Origin: a virus
Lineage: Duplodnaviria > Caudoviricetes
DNA length: 64,000 bases
Direction: 5' to 3' (one strand)
Virus record (IMG/VR): IMGVR_UViG_2930305612_000002
Location: 2,176 to 66,175 of that record
In this document: positions 1 to 8,880 of the stretch, in pieces
Numbering within the stretch: position 1 is the first letter of the stretch
Layout of the letters: every line of letters begins with the position of its first letter
Program-made: the position numbers and the translations under genes
Notes under the pieces: generated by a model
Told to the model about the DNA's origin: nothing
The model's database searches: none
What the model saw: the letters and a program-made list of their open reading frames with translations, nothing else

Positions 1-29
1 TGTGGCAGCCCACCCCGACAGCCGTAGAC

Positions 30-45
30 TCGAACACATGTCCGA
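30..45. promoter_or_regulatory. Putative LexA (SOS) box overlapping start codon of a likely leaderless gene
   Basis: TCGAAC-ACAT-GTCCGA, one mismatch to actinobacterial TCGAAC-N4-GTTCGA; TAGACT -10 at 25-30; ATG at 38. Confidence 0.65.
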
Positions 46-370
46 CCTGCCGCCTGATCTGCCCCGCCTCCGCACCCTGGAGCACTGGCACGTCGTGCAG
101 CTCGACCGCATCCGGGCCGCCATCACCACCGCCCAGCAGCGGGAAGCCGAAGAGCAGCGCAAGCGGCCCCTGCCGCCGCCCCCGGACTGGGTGATCCAGC
201 ACGGCATCGGCCAAGGCGGGCCACCCCTCGCCGTACACGTCGGCGGGTGCAGGCTCGGCGGCGGACGCATCAAGGCCATCAGCCGGGAGCAGGCGCTGCG
301 GGCGCTCGTCGAGGGCGTCGAGGCGTGCCAGGTGTGCCGGCCGGACACGGAACTCGGCTACCTCGGCTAG
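38..370 (+). CDS. DUF6233-like small Cys/His protein
   Basis: MSDLPPDLPRLRTLE..., HVGGC, EACQVCRPDTELG pattern. Confidence 0.7.
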   Translation: MSDLPPDLPRLRTLEHWHVVQLDRIRAAITTAQQREAEEQRKRPLPPPPDWVIQHGIGQGGPPLAVHVGGCRLGGGRIKAISREQALRALVEGVEACQVCRPDTELGYLG

Positions 371-1239
371 GCGCTCGACTTCCGGCTGGGCTTTTTCGCA
401 TTCTTCTTTGCGGTCTTCCGTTCGGCGTGCTCCGCCATGTCGTGCACGTTCGCGTCGTCGTCCTCGCCGCGGGCCTGGCGGGCGGACTCGACGGACTCGC
501 GCAGGGCGGCCATGAGGTCGACGACCGGGGCCGCCGTCGGCTTCTCGGGGGCGCCTTCCGGCTTCGCACCCTGGGCCTTCGCGCGGATGACCTCTTCGAG
601 CGCGTCCCTGTAGTGATCACGGAACCCCGAGATGTCGTCGATGGCCATGGCTTCCATGAGGTCCACGGCGGCGTCGATCTCCTCGTCGTCGACCTCCACC
701 GGGCGGGGCTTCAGCGACTCCGGGGAGCGGATCTCGTCGGGCCAGCGCATCGAGTGAAGGACGATCGCGTCGCCCTTGACCCGGAGCAGGCCGAGGCGCT
801 CACGTCCGTGCCACGCGAACTTGGCGATGGCGACCTTCGAGCTGCGCTCCAAGGCCATGCGCAGCAATTTGTATGGCTTCGCGGCGACCCCGTCGGCGGC
901 CAGGTAGTAGCTGTCGCCGATCCGGATCGGGTCGATCGACTCAGCTGGGACGAACGCGACGATCTCGATTGCCTTGGCCGTGGGCAGGGGCATCGCGTCC
1001 AGATCGTCGTCGGTCACCTCGATGACGGTGTCCTTGGAGATCTCATAACCGCGCCCGATCTCGCTCTGGTCGAGCACCTGCCCGTCCAACTCGCAGATTT
1101 TTTGGTACCGGATCCGGCCCATGTCGGCCTGGTGGTACTGGTGGAAGGCGATGCTGTGGTTCTCGGTGGCTGGCAGGACCCGGATCGGGATGGTGACCAG
1201 GCCAAAGCTGATCGCGCCGGACCAGATGGGGCGGGGCAT
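367..1239 (-). CDS. ku: Ku DNA end-binding protein
   Basis: RPIWSGAISFGLVTIPI, RIRYQKICE, VVDLMAALRESV, basic C-terminal tail. Confidence 0.95.
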   Translation of the reverse strand: MPRPIWSGAISFGLVTIPIRVLPATENHSIAFHQYHQADMGRIRYQKICELDGQVLDQSEIGRGYEISKDTVIEVTDDDLDAMPLPTAKAIEIVAFVPAESIDPIRIGDSYYLAADGVAAKPYKLLRMALERSSKVAIAKFAWHGRERLGLLRVKGDAIVLHSMRWPDEIRSPESLKPRPVEVDDEEIDAAVDLMEAMAIDDISGFRDHYRDALEEVIRAKAQGAKPEGAPEKPTAAPVVDLMAALRESVESARQARGEDDDANVHDMAEHAERKTAKKNAKKPSRKSSA

Positions 1240-1358
1240 GACGTACCTCCGTGACAGCCCCGAGACCACCAGCGTAAGCACCAAGCGGCGGCCTGGCGCA
1301 TCTCGTGCCACGGTGGATGGGGACGTTTGGGGGGCTAGTCAGCTGGACGGAGCACGCC

Positions 1359-1637
1359 ATGGTCATCAAGAAGCTGCACGGCATGGGCATACGCAGCGAG
1401 CACGCCTACACGGCCGCCCTCGCCTCCATCGGCCTCACCGTCGCCGTCTGGGCCGGGTCGCTCAAGATGGAGCCCGGTACCGGCCTCGCTCGCGCTGACC
1501 GCTGGGGTTTGTTCGTCGGTGAGTGGGCGCCCACGTTCTTCGGCCTCGGTCTCGCCCTCTCCCACTACGAGCAGCAGGACGGCACCCTCACCGCCAGCGG
1601 TGCTGACGTGCGGGACCTCCACCGCAACGTCGGATAA
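1359..1637 (+). CDS. Small membrane protein
   Basis: GGAG RBS; ADRWGLFVGEWAPTFFGLGLAL hydrophobic motif. Confidence 0.7.
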   Translation: MVIKKLHGMGIRSEHAYTAALASIGLTVAVWAGSLKMEPGTGLARADRWGLFVGEWAPTFFGLGLALSHYEQQDGTLTASGADVRDLHRNVG

Positions 1638-1918
1638 CACCTGCTCGGCGCGACACAGGGGCCGACGCCGCGCAGGCGTCGGCCCTCCCGCAGGGAGGTC
1701 GGGAGGGACGGCGCGGCCCCGCCCAGGTCAACGGGCGGGGCCAAGGGGTGGCGCCTCCGCCTCGGGAAGGTCGAGGGCGTCTCCGATCACCACACTGCAC
1801 CAGAACCAGCCACAGCAATAGGGGCGTGACTGAAAAACGTTGATCGCGTGGCGGGGTGGGGAGAGGGCCGGCAGGGAGCAGGGGGAAGGTCTGAGCGAAA
1901 ACGTGCCACGGTGAACGC

Positions 1919-2131
1919 ATGGACAAGCCGCGACAGCGATACCCCCGATCCGAAGCCCGCCGACTCCGACCCCACCCCTGCCCCGACTGCGGGCGCATCA
2001 GCCGGCCGCGCCTCTCCGCCGAAGATCCCGGCCTGGCGGCGGCCGAAGCCGACCCCGAAGTGCTCGTTGCCTGGTACTGCCCCGAGGTGACTTGCAACCA
2101 GCACGACGGGTTCTTCATCGAGAGTCGCTGA
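1919..2131 (+). CDS. Small Zn-ribbon-like protein
   Basis: CPDC...CPEVTC. Confidence 0.45.
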   Translation: MDKPRQRYPRSEARRLRPHPCPDCGRISRPRLSAEDPGLAAAEADPEVLVAWYCPEVTCNQHDGFFIESR

Positions 2132-2138
2132 CGTGACA

Positions 2139-2168
2139 GCGCTCCCGCCGGGATTCCGGCGGGAGCGC
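2139..2168. terminator. Hairpin between convergent genes
   Basis: GCGCTCCCGCCGG-gatt-CCGGCGGGAGCGC, perfect 13-bp stem. Confidence 0.7.
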
Positions 2169-2179
2169 GAGACGTTCCC

Positions 2180-2332
2180 CTACTCGCCAGCCGCCTGATC
2201 GCGGGCACGTCGCCGCTCGATGCAGCGGTGAGGAGGCAGGCTCGTCAGGTTGCTGCAACGGACCAGCGTTCCGCAGTCGTCGCAGCGAAGCTTTCCCGTG
2301 TGCAGCCACTGTTCGTACTCGGCGTCAGTCAC
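2180..2332 (-). CDS. Small Cys-containing protein
   Basis: GTG start after AAGGAG, overlapping recombinase end; CDDC...C...HRC. Confidence 0.5.
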   Translation of the reverse strand: MTDAEYEQWLHTGKLRCDDCGTLVRCSNLTSLPPHRCIERRRARDQAAGE

Positions 2333-3362
2333 TGGGGTCTCCTTCAGGCTGGAGCCGTGCCGCGAGCCGTGACGCCAGGGCGTAGGCGGGGTGGTCATCG
2401 AGCATCCGCCTGCGCCGGTTGTACCTCTGGGTGGTTCGGGGGTCGGCGTGGCCGACGGCGTCTTGGACGTCCTGGAGGGGGACCTTGTTGGCGAGGTTGT
2501 CGGTGATGAACTGGTGCCGCAGCGTGTGGGGTTTGATGCTGGCGGCCTGCGGGATGCCTGCTCGTCGGGCGAGGACGCGCAGGTGTTTCCACACCTCGGG
2601 CTGGGACCAGCGGCGGCCGGAGTCGGTGACGAGCAGCGGGCCGTCGGTGCGGTCGCCGAGGTAGGCGAGGAGCGCGTCGAGGGCGAGCGGCGGCACGGGG
2701 ACGGCCTTGCGCTTGTTGCCCTTCTGGGTGAGGGGCAGGGTGCGATGCCCTCGGTCATAGCCGAGCTGGTCGGCGTTGAGGGCCAGGATCTCGTCGACGC
2801 GGGCGCCAGTGAGGTAGAGCAGCGTGACGAGCGCGTAGGAGCGGGGGGCCCAGTCGCGGGCGGTTTCGATGAGGCGGGCGGTCTCCTCCTCGGTCATGCC
2901 CTCGGTGGGCGAGTAGTCGGGGTCGACGTAGGGCCGGTTGACCGCACCGAACGGGTCGCTGTCGACGGCCTGGAGGCGGGCGGCGTAGGTGTAGAAGGAC
3001 CCGGCGGCGGCGAGGGCTTGGGCCTGAGTGGTCTCGGCGGGCGGCTTGCCGTTCCTCGTCGGGGTCTTGGCGAGGTACTTGGCGTATGCGTCGGCGAGCG
3101 GCAGCTTCGCCTGGAGCGGGTGGATGCCTGTGAAGCGGGCGTACTTCTCCCACGCCTTGAAGGTGCGGACGTAGGCGCGTCGGGTGTGGCGGCTCTTCTG
3201 GCGGGCGATCCATCCTCCGGCGAGGGTGGGGAGCGGATCGCGGTCGCCGTAGATTCCGGTGAGGTGGTCGGCGAGCGCGCGGGCTTCGTCGGGCCAGTCG
3301 TCGCGGGGGTCGTGCCGGTCGGTCGACAGCTCCGCCGACGGGCGCGGAACGAGTGCGGTCAC
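2325..3362 (-). CDS. XerC/D-like tyrosine recombinase (resolvase type)
   Basis: Catalytic set TGARVDE, KGNK, HTLRH, GHAD, QRY; no arm-binding N-terminal domain apparent. Confidence 0.92.
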   Translation of the reverse strand: MTALVPRPSAELSTDRHDPRDDWPDEARALADHLTGIYGDRDPLPTLAGGWIARQKSRHTRRAYVRTFKAWEKYARFTGIHPLQAKLPLADAYAKYLAKTPTRNGKPPAETTQAQALAAAGSFYTYAARLQAVDSDPFGAVNRPYVDPDYSPTEGMTEEETARLIETARDWAPRSYALVTLLYLTGARVDEILALNADQLGYDRGHRTLPLTQKGNKRKAVPVPPLALDALLAYLGDRTDGPLLVTDSGRRWSQPEVWKHLRVLARRAGIPQAASIKPHTLRHQFITDNLANKVPLQDVQDAVGHADPRTTQRYNRRRRMLDDHPAYALASRLAARLQPEGDPSD

Positions 3363-3372
3363 GTCCTGCTCC

Positions 3373-4023
3373 CTAGGCGGCGAGATTGATTGTATGGAGT
3401 CCTGCGACCTTTGCCGCCTCGTCACCGTCTATGCGGCGGTGCTCGACGACGTGGTGGGCCAATTGCAGAACGTTGCTCCATACCGGGTCGAGGGATTCGT
3501 CGGTGCGGTCCATGACCCAGGCGTAGTCTCCCGGGTCGCTATGGGTGCCATGGAAGGTCAGATCCTTGCCGGATCCGTCTCGGTAGGCACTGCCGAGCTG
3601 GCTGCGGTCTCGCCACGCGAGACGCTCTGACACCCACGCCCGGTCTGGTGTCCACAGCCCGTTCTCTCGCATCCATCGATCCTCCGCCCGCTCCCCGGCG
3701 GCGCACGTCACTGCCCAGTCGAGCCACGGGCCGGAAGCGGGCAGGTAGTTCACGTGCGCCCGGCCGCCGTGGCTGTGGTCCTCTGGCTCATGCAGGGCGA
3801 TGTGGCCGATCCGGTAGCCCGCCGCCATGTACACGACGGCATGTGCGGCCTCGTGTATGGCGGTGCTCATCGTCTGCTCTTCCGGCGTGTAGGCGGATAC
3901 GGCGTCGGTGCCGATGTGCTCCCAGTCGTACAGCGGCGGCGGGTTGCGGGTATAGCGCACCCAGGGTGCGCGCTCATCGCCGTCCAGAGCTGCTAGGGCG
4001 TCAGAGTTGGCGTGCCAGGCCAT
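3373..4023 (-). CDS. HExxH zinc metalloprotease-like protein
   Basis: STAIHEAAHAVV...CAAGERAE, resembling the M41/FtsH protease core. Confidence 0.65.
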   Translation of the reverse strand: MAWHANSDALAALDGDERAPWVRYTRNPPPLYDWEHIGTDAVSAYTPEEQTMSTAIHEAAHAVVYMAAGYRIGHIALHEPEDHSHGGRAHVNYLPASGPWLDWAVTCAAGERAEDRWMRENGLWTPDRAWVSERLAWRDRSQLGSAYRDGSGKDLTFHGTHSDPGDYAWVMDRTDESLDPVWSNVLQLAHHVVEHRRIDGDEAAKVAGLHTINLAA

Positions 4024-4199
4024 CACTGGACCCCCCTTCGCGTCAGGCTCGCCACCACGTTGGCAGCCTCGTGCCAGATCTGCGCCTTCTCCTCCAGGTC
4101 CCGGCGCATCTCCTCCTCGGCCATGTCCGACAACTCCCCAGCCTTCGACCGAAGTGCAGCCTCGGCCTCTTGCAGCGCCTTGGTGCGCGGGTCGCTCAT
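4023..4199 (-). CDS. Hypothetical helical protein
   Basis: AAAGGAG RBS; MSDPRTKALQEAEAALR; stop overlaps next start. Confidence 0.55.
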   Translation of the reverse strand: MSDPRTKALQEAEAALRSKAGELSDMAEEEMRRDLEEKAQIWHEAANVVASLTRRGVQ

Positions 4200-4249
4200 G
4201 CGGCTCTCCTTTCAGTGTCGCTGTATCGGGACGAGGGCGGCGGGGCCGG

Positions 4250-4465
4250 TCACGACGCTTCCGGGTCAATGAAGTCGGCGACGGCGTACACCGCCATCTG
4301 CGGGTCAGTGAATCCTTCGGCTTCCGCATCCCAGTTCCGCTGCTTCGCCGCAAGTTCGTGAGCATGCTTGGCGAGCGCCGCCAACACAATCCGTTCGTCC
4401 TCGGCTGCCGACTGGTCGGGGCGGCGGGTGACGAGTGCGGTCATCAGGTCCTGGTAGGCGCTCAT
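4250..4465 (-). CDS. Hypothetical protein
   Basis: AGGAGG RBS before ATG 4465. Confidence 0.55.
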   Translation of the reverse strand: MSAYQDLMTALVTRRPDQSAAEDERIVLAALAKHAHELAAKQRNWDAEAEGFTDPQMAVYAVADFIDPEAS

Positions 4466-4482
4466 AGGGCGGAGCCTCCTTA

Positions 4483-4510
4483 GTGTTGGATAACTGTCAT
4501 TATCAACCAT
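4483..4510. other. dif/res-like tyrosine recombinase core site
   Basis: GTGTTGGATAA-CTGTCA-TTATCAACCAT, 11-6-11 layout with ATAA/TTAT inner ends. Confidence 0.55.
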
Positions 4511-4646
4511 AGAGTTGCGTGATCGCCAGCACTTCCGAGAACACGAAGGGCCCCACCCGTCGACCGGAGTGGAGCCCGCGATACGGCATGTTATCGAGGG
4601 TCAACTCACCCAAGCCGGCGCGCTTCAGGGAACGTTATGCGCTACC

Positions 4647-4685
4647 TGTAGACACCTCTACATGCGGCCTGTAGAGTAGTCTACA
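4647..4685 (+). promoter_or_regulatory. Promoter overlapped by two palindromic operators
   Basis: TGTAGA-N4-TCTACA at 4647-4662 and 4670-4685; TAGACA-N17-TAGAGT. Confidence 0.7.
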
Positions 4686-4718
4686 GATGGAGCGATGGTC
4701 GCTCCCGGAGAGGCCGCC

Positions 4719-5051
4719 ATGCTGACGATCACCAACCGCACCGGCAGCTACTACGGCGACGCCAGCAGCAACCACATCTGGGAAACCCTCGACAACGACG
4801 GCACTGTCCTCGCAGAGCTCTACGTCTCCACCGAGCGCAACGAAATCATGAACGTCTGGGTCCACGAAGATCACCGCGGCGAAGGCTACGCACGCGCCCT
4901 GTACGAGACGGCCTCCAGCCAGATGGACGTCTTCCACGCACCCGTGGCCCACCGCACCCCCGAGGGCAACGCCTTCGCAGAGGCCGTCGGCGGCGAGACC
5001 GTCGCTCCCTACGCCTGCGACTGCTACACCTGCGACTCCCTGGAGGACTGA
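4719..5051 (+). CDS. GNAT-family acetyltransferase
   Basis: Motif A VWVHEDHRGEGYARALY; GGAGAGG RBS. Confidence 0.8.
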   Translation: MLTITNRTGSYYGDASSNHIWETLDNDGTVLAELYVSTERNEIMNVWVHEDHRGEGYARALYETASSQMDVFHAPVAHRTPEGNAFAEAVGGETVAPYACDCYTCDSLED

Positions 5052-5056
5052 CCACC

Positions 5057-5416
5057 ATGCAGCTGCACGAACTCGAAGCCTGGCTCGGTGACAATCACGG
5101 CCTCAACGAGGACGAGCTCACCGAACTCCTCGACGAAGCTAGAGAGATTGAGGAGCGCTACCCCGACCAGGACGACCAAGCTGAGCGGGACGCCGCGCTC
5201 TCGGTCGCCTATCGCCTAAAGGTCGAGCCCGCCGAGGATGTCGTTGCCGACTTCAGCCAGCAGCGCACCGCAGCCCGCGTCGCCGAAGCCGCAGCATCGG
5301 CTGGACTCCGACAGGCAGCCGGACTCCTTGTGCAGGACGGCAAGCTCAGCGAGGCAGGGTTCGCCCGCACCGCCAACGTGGACCGCATGACCGTCCGCAA
5401 GTGGCTGGGGAAGTGA
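5057..5416 (+). CDS. C-terminal HTH DNA-binding protein
   Basis: SEAGFARTANVDRMTVRKWLGK. Confidence 0.75.
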   Translation: MQLHELEAWLGDNHGLNEDELTELLDEAREIEERYPDQDDQAERDAALSVAYRLKVEPAEDVVADFSQQRTAARVAEAAASAGLRQAAGLLVQDGKLSEAGFARTANVDRMTVRKWLGK

Positions 5417-5440
5417 CTGCTCGACCCATGAAGGGCCACG

Positions 5441-5668
5441 TCACGCGGCGGGGTGCACTTTCAGATTGCCTTCGCTCGTCAGCCGCACGACACGGCCTGG
5501 ATAGACGAGCTGGGCTGCGGCCACGTCACGTTCGTCGAACGGTCCGCTCATCCAGGTGAAGAGGATGACGCCCTCGATGAGTTCGGCTTTGTGTACCCCT
5601 GTGGGCCAGCGGCGGATGAAGGCTTCCGTCGTCATGGGCTCACTGGGCGGAGGGAAGGTTGCAGGCAT
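5441..5668 (-). CDS. Hypothetical protein
   Basis: 75-aa ORF convergent on HTH gene; KAELIEGVI. Confidence 0.45.
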   Translation of the reverse strand: MPATFPPPSEPMTTEAFIRRWPTGVHKAELIEGVILFTWMSGPFDERDVAAAQLVYPGRVVRLTSEGNLKVHPAA

Positions 5669-5703
5669 GTGGGCAGCCTAGGCGCCAGCGGACACAGCGA
5701 AAC

Positions 5704-5731
5704 GCCCCTCCCACCAACAGGCGGGAGGGGC
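5704..5731 (-). terminator. Hairpin at end of lysis operon
   Basis: GCCCCTCCCACC-aaca-GGCGGGAGGGGC. Confidence 0.55.
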
Positions 5732-5735
5732 ATGG

Positions 5736-5975
5736 TCACTTCTGCGGGCTGGTGGGCTTCTTCTGCTTCAGCCACCCGGCGACCGCTTCGACGTCGGCCG
5801 GGTCGAGCTTGGCGAGGGCGTCGATGACAGCCTCGTCGCCGGCTGCCTTCTCCACGCCGGCGTCGACGAGCGCGGACTGAAGCACCATCTCGTTCGCGCG
5901 CTCCATGCCCGACTGGGCTTCGTCGGGCAGGCTGGGCGGCGGGGGCAGTGACGGCTCCGGTGGCGGGTCGGCCAT
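5736..5975 (-). CDS. Hypothetical protein; start uncertain
   Basis: Protein-like C-terminal part of ORF 5736..6194. Confidence 0.45.
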   Translation of the reverse strand: MADPPPEPSLPPPPSLPDEAQSGMERANEMVLQSALVDAGVEKAAGDEAVIDALAKLDPADVEAVAGWLKQKKPTSPQK

Positions 5976-6055
5976 CCCCAGCTCGATGAGCGAACCAAGG
6001 TCGCCAGCCGCCGGATCGATTCTGCGCTGCGTCGGGTGCTGCGGCACGAGACCTC

Positions 6056-6760
6056 CTACGGGTACTGGCGGCGGAACGGATCCAACCCGGCGGACTGATT
6101 CGCCGGCGGTTCCGGGTCGGGCGCACCGTCCTTGCGGCAGACCTTGGCGTTCGGGTCGTAGTCGGGGGTCTGCCAGCTGTACCCGTCGGGGCATGCCTGG
6201 CCGTCCGTACCGTCTCGACCGTCCGCACCAGGCTCCCCTGGCGGGCCCTGTTCTCCGGGCGGCCCTTGCTCGCCGGCGGGACCAGCTGGGCCGGGTTCGC
6301 CCTGAGGTCCAGCCGGACCGGGCGGGCCCACGACCGTGGCTCCGTCGGTGCCCGGCTCGCCCGGCTGGCCTGGCTTGCCTGGTTCACCAACGCCGTCCGA
6401 GCCGTCGTCGCCGTTGGCGCCCGGCTTCCCGGAAGGGCCGACCGGACCCGTGGGCCCAGGCTTACCCGGATCACCCTCGGGACCAGGCGGCCCGGAGGGT
6501 CCCGGCTCACCACGGCCGGGGTCACCGCGGCTACCAGGCGGGCCCGCGACGGGTTCGCCGCCCATGTTCTGCACTTGGCGAGCGAGGGCGTCTCGCGCCG
6601 CACGCTCGGTCCGGAGCTCCGCACCCTGGGTGCGGAGTTCGGAGCCCTGCCCGTGCATGGTGATGACGATCCAGGCGAACGCTCCGATTGCGGCCAGGAC
6701 TGTGAGGGCGTACCGCAAGTCCGCGAGACGGGGCCGGGTCGGCTGCTTGTGGGCGGTCAC
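6056..6760 (-). CDS. Membrane-anchored collagen-like (Gly-X-Y) protein
   Basis: N-terminal TM helix, coiled coil, long GPP/GEP repeats, C-terminal Cys pair. Confidence 0.85.
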   Translation of the reverse strand: MTAHKQPTRPRLADLRYALTVLAAIGAFAWIVITMHGQGSELRTQGAELRTERAARDALARQVQNMGGEPVAGPPGSRGDPGRGEPGPSGPPGPEGDPGKPGPTGPVGPSGKPGANGDDGSDGVGEPGKPGQPGEPGTDGATVVGPPGPAGPQGEPGPAGPAGEQGPPGEQGPPGEPGADGRDGTDGQACPDGYSWQTPDYDPNAKVCRKDGAPDPEPPANQSAGLDPFRRQYP

Positions 6761-7101
6761 GATCCGGCTCCCCTCGTCGCGAGGTACACCTGCAAAAACA
6801 CGAGCAGGACCGGCACGACGAGCGCTGAGAACAACAGCCGCTTGTCCGTGCGGCGCTGAGCCTCCAAGGCGCGCCGGTCCGCATCGGCTTGCCGGGACTC
6901 GGCGAGGCGCGCGTCCTCGATGGCTTTCACCCGCTCGATCAGCTGACGGTGCGCCTCGTCGCCGTAGTGCTGGTCCGTCTGGTAGCGCTCGACCGACACG
7001 CGTTTGTCGAGCTGGGCTTGCACGTTCTGCAAGTCCTCGCGGACGTCGGCGAATCGCTCGTTGTACCGGCGCTCCAGTTCGCCCGCAGTCGGATCAGACA
7101 C
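6757..7101 (-). CDS. Lysis-cassette coiled-coil membrane protein
   Basis: Charged helix plus C-terminal [17 protein letters not shown]. Confidence 0.75.
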   Translation of the reverse strand: MSDPTAGELERRYNERFADVREDLQNVQAQLDKRVSVERYQTDQHYGDEAHRQLIERVKAIEDARLAESRQADADRRALEAQRRTDKRLLFSALVVPVLLVFLQVYLATRGAGS

Positions 7102-7122
7102 AGCAGGCTCCGATCAGATCTG

Positions 7123-7347
7123 TCACACGCCAGCCGGCCCGCGGTGCGTATGCCGGGCAGCCCACCCCGAGACGAACGTGATGGCCGTCGGTACGAGGGC
7201 GAGCAGGAACGGCTCCACGCCGTCGGGCAGTCCGCCGACGAGGCCGCTGTTGTCCTGGATCGCAGTGAGTATGGCCAGGAGGCCGGTGCTGGCGAGGTAC
7301 GCCGCGACGGTGGCGGCGGTGACCTTCTTCTCTACGGGTGCAGGCAT
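7123..7347 (-). CDS. Holin
   Basis: 74 aa, two TM segments, directly after endolysin. Confidence 0.8.
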   Translation of the reverse strand: MPAPVEKKVTAATVAAYLASTGLLAILTAIQDNSGLVGGLPDGVEPFLLALVPTAITFVSGWAARHTHRGPAGV

Positions 7348-7361
7348 GGTGGTGTGTCCCT

Positions 7362-8210
7362 TCAGGGGGTGATGTCGAGACGGACGGTGACGTTCTCGAT
7401 GGCCTCGGTGATGCGGGCGACCAGCGCCTCCGGGTCGATCACCGCGTGGTGCGAGGCGAGTGCTGCGGCGAGCTGCTTGATGGCTTCGCCCTGTGCGGCG
7501 GTGCGGGCGTCCATGGCGCGGACTCGGTTGCCGATGTCCTTGAGGTAGGACTGAGCTTGCCAGTTGACGTTGGTGGTCTTGTCGCTGGCCGTGTTCGGGG
7601 CTGCGATCTTGTCGGTGAACCAGACGGCCTTGAAGATCTCGTCGGGGGTCATCTCGTCTTCCTCCTCTGGGGGAACGGTCTGGCCGTTGGCGCGGGCGGC
7701 GATCCCCGGGAAGACGACCTCGCGGAACTGCTTCACGCGCGCGTCGCCGGGACAGGCGGTGCCAGACACGGCCCACGCGGAGTGCAGGCGGTGGTAGCCG
7801 AAGCCGGGGTCGTCGTGGGTGCGGCAGATCCGCAGCGGGATGTCGTGCCGCTTGTGCAGCCACACGCCGAGGGCGATCAGCTTCTCGACCTGTGCGGGCG
7901 TCCACGGGTCGGAGCCCTGCAGATTCGAAGCGGTCTCGATGGACACCGCACCAGTTCCGTCTGGCCGCCGGTTCGCCGATGCGTTCGCGTCCGCGCGGGT
8001 CTCGGTGCCGATGAACTGACCCAGGTCCCCCTCGTAGCCGAGGCCGAAGTGGGATTCCAGGTTCGTCGAGTCGCGCCAGTACTCATACGTCCGCTTCGCC
8101 GTCCACGGCGCGATGATCGAGTGAACGATGAACTGCGTTGGTCGGATGGCCGGCTGACTATCCGACTCTGGCTGCAGCTCGTACTTCGTGGCGCCCGGAT
8201 ACCAGGCCAT
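7362..8210 (-). CDS. Endolysin, N-acetylmuramoyl-L-alanine amidase
   Basis: FIVHS, SHFG, SIET, GYHR, TACPG amidase_2 motifs. Confidence 0.9.
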   Translation of the reverse strand: MAWYPGATKYELQPESDSQPAIRPTQFIVHSIIAPWTAKRTYEYWRDSTNLESHFGLGYEGDLGQFIGTETRADANASANRRPDGTGAVSIETASNLQGSDPWTPAQVEKLIALGVWLHKRHDIPLRICRTHDDPGFGYHRLHSAWAVSGTACPGDARVKQFREVVFPGIAARANGQTVPPEEEDEMTPDEIFKAVWFTDKIAAPNTASDKTTNVNWQAQSYLKDIGNRVRAMDARTAAQGEAIKQLAAALASHHAVIDPEALVARITEAIENVTVRLDITP

Positions 8211-8229
8211 ACGCCCTCCTCGGGGCATG

Positions 8230-8251
8230 AAAAAAGCCCCGGTCAAGGGGC
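8230..8251 (-). terminator. Rho-independent terminator between tail and lysis genes
   Basis: Minus strand GCCCC-ttgacc-GGGGC-TTTTTT. Confidence 0.65.
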
Positions 8252-8268
8252 GGCGGGGGTGGGGCGGG

Positions 8269-8865
8269 TCAGGTGGCGGGGACGAACGTCAGGGTGAAGC
8301 GCAGGTTTCTGGTGGCGACGATGCCGCCGCCGCCGGACCAGCTGCGCAGCACGATGAGCCCGGTCGAGTCGACGCTGACGTCGCCGTTGCCGAAGCCGTC
8401 GCCGATCGACGTGTACACCGTCTCCGGGGGGCGCCAGCCGGACGGGAGGGTCCCGATGCTGACGTCGGTGATGTTGCCGTCGGCGTCCGCGAGGAGAGTC
8501 GCGCCGGTGCGGGTGTACGCGGCGTTGACCATAGCGACGAACCCGCTGATCTTCCGGCCGGACATCGACACCACGTCAAAGCCGGGGCTGGCTGTCGCGC
8601 CGGATGAGGCGGTCGTCACGACGGGCGGCGGGGTCACCCACGCCGACCCGTTGTAGACCTCGAACCGGTTGACGTCCATCAGCCACGACGCCATGCCCTC
8701 GACGGGACTGGTGATGGTGGCCGACCGGGCGGAGGCGGAGGCGAATTGCATGACGCTCTTGACGACGAGGCCGTCGACGATCGCGTTGGCCAGGGTCGCC
8801 GCATCGGGCGGGTCAGTGAGGCTGGCGATCTGTACGCCCTGCCCGTAAGCGTCAGTTGTAGGCAT
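8269..8865 (-). CDS. Minor tail protein
   Basis: Position; FASASARSATITSPVEGM...YNGSAW, GTLPSGWRP. Confidence 0.8.
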   Translation of the reverse strand: MPTTDAYGQGVQIASLTDPPDAATLANAIVDGLVVKSVMQFASASARSATITSPVEGMASWLMDVNRFEVYNGSAWVTPPPVVTTASSGATASPGFDVVSMSGRKISGFVAMVNAAYTRTGATLLADADGNITDVSIGTLPSGWRPPETVYTSIGDGFGNGDVSVDSTGLIVLRSWSGGGGIVATRNLRFTLTFVPAT

Positions 8866-8880
8866 GTGCTGCTCCTGGGG

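Noticed and set aside
4618-4645. Third recombinase sub-site
   Set aside because: Only the TTATGCGC half is clear; match too weak to call
6190-6550. Repetitive GC-rich DNA as a repeat element
   Set aside because: Explained by Gly-X-Y codons of the collagen-like protein
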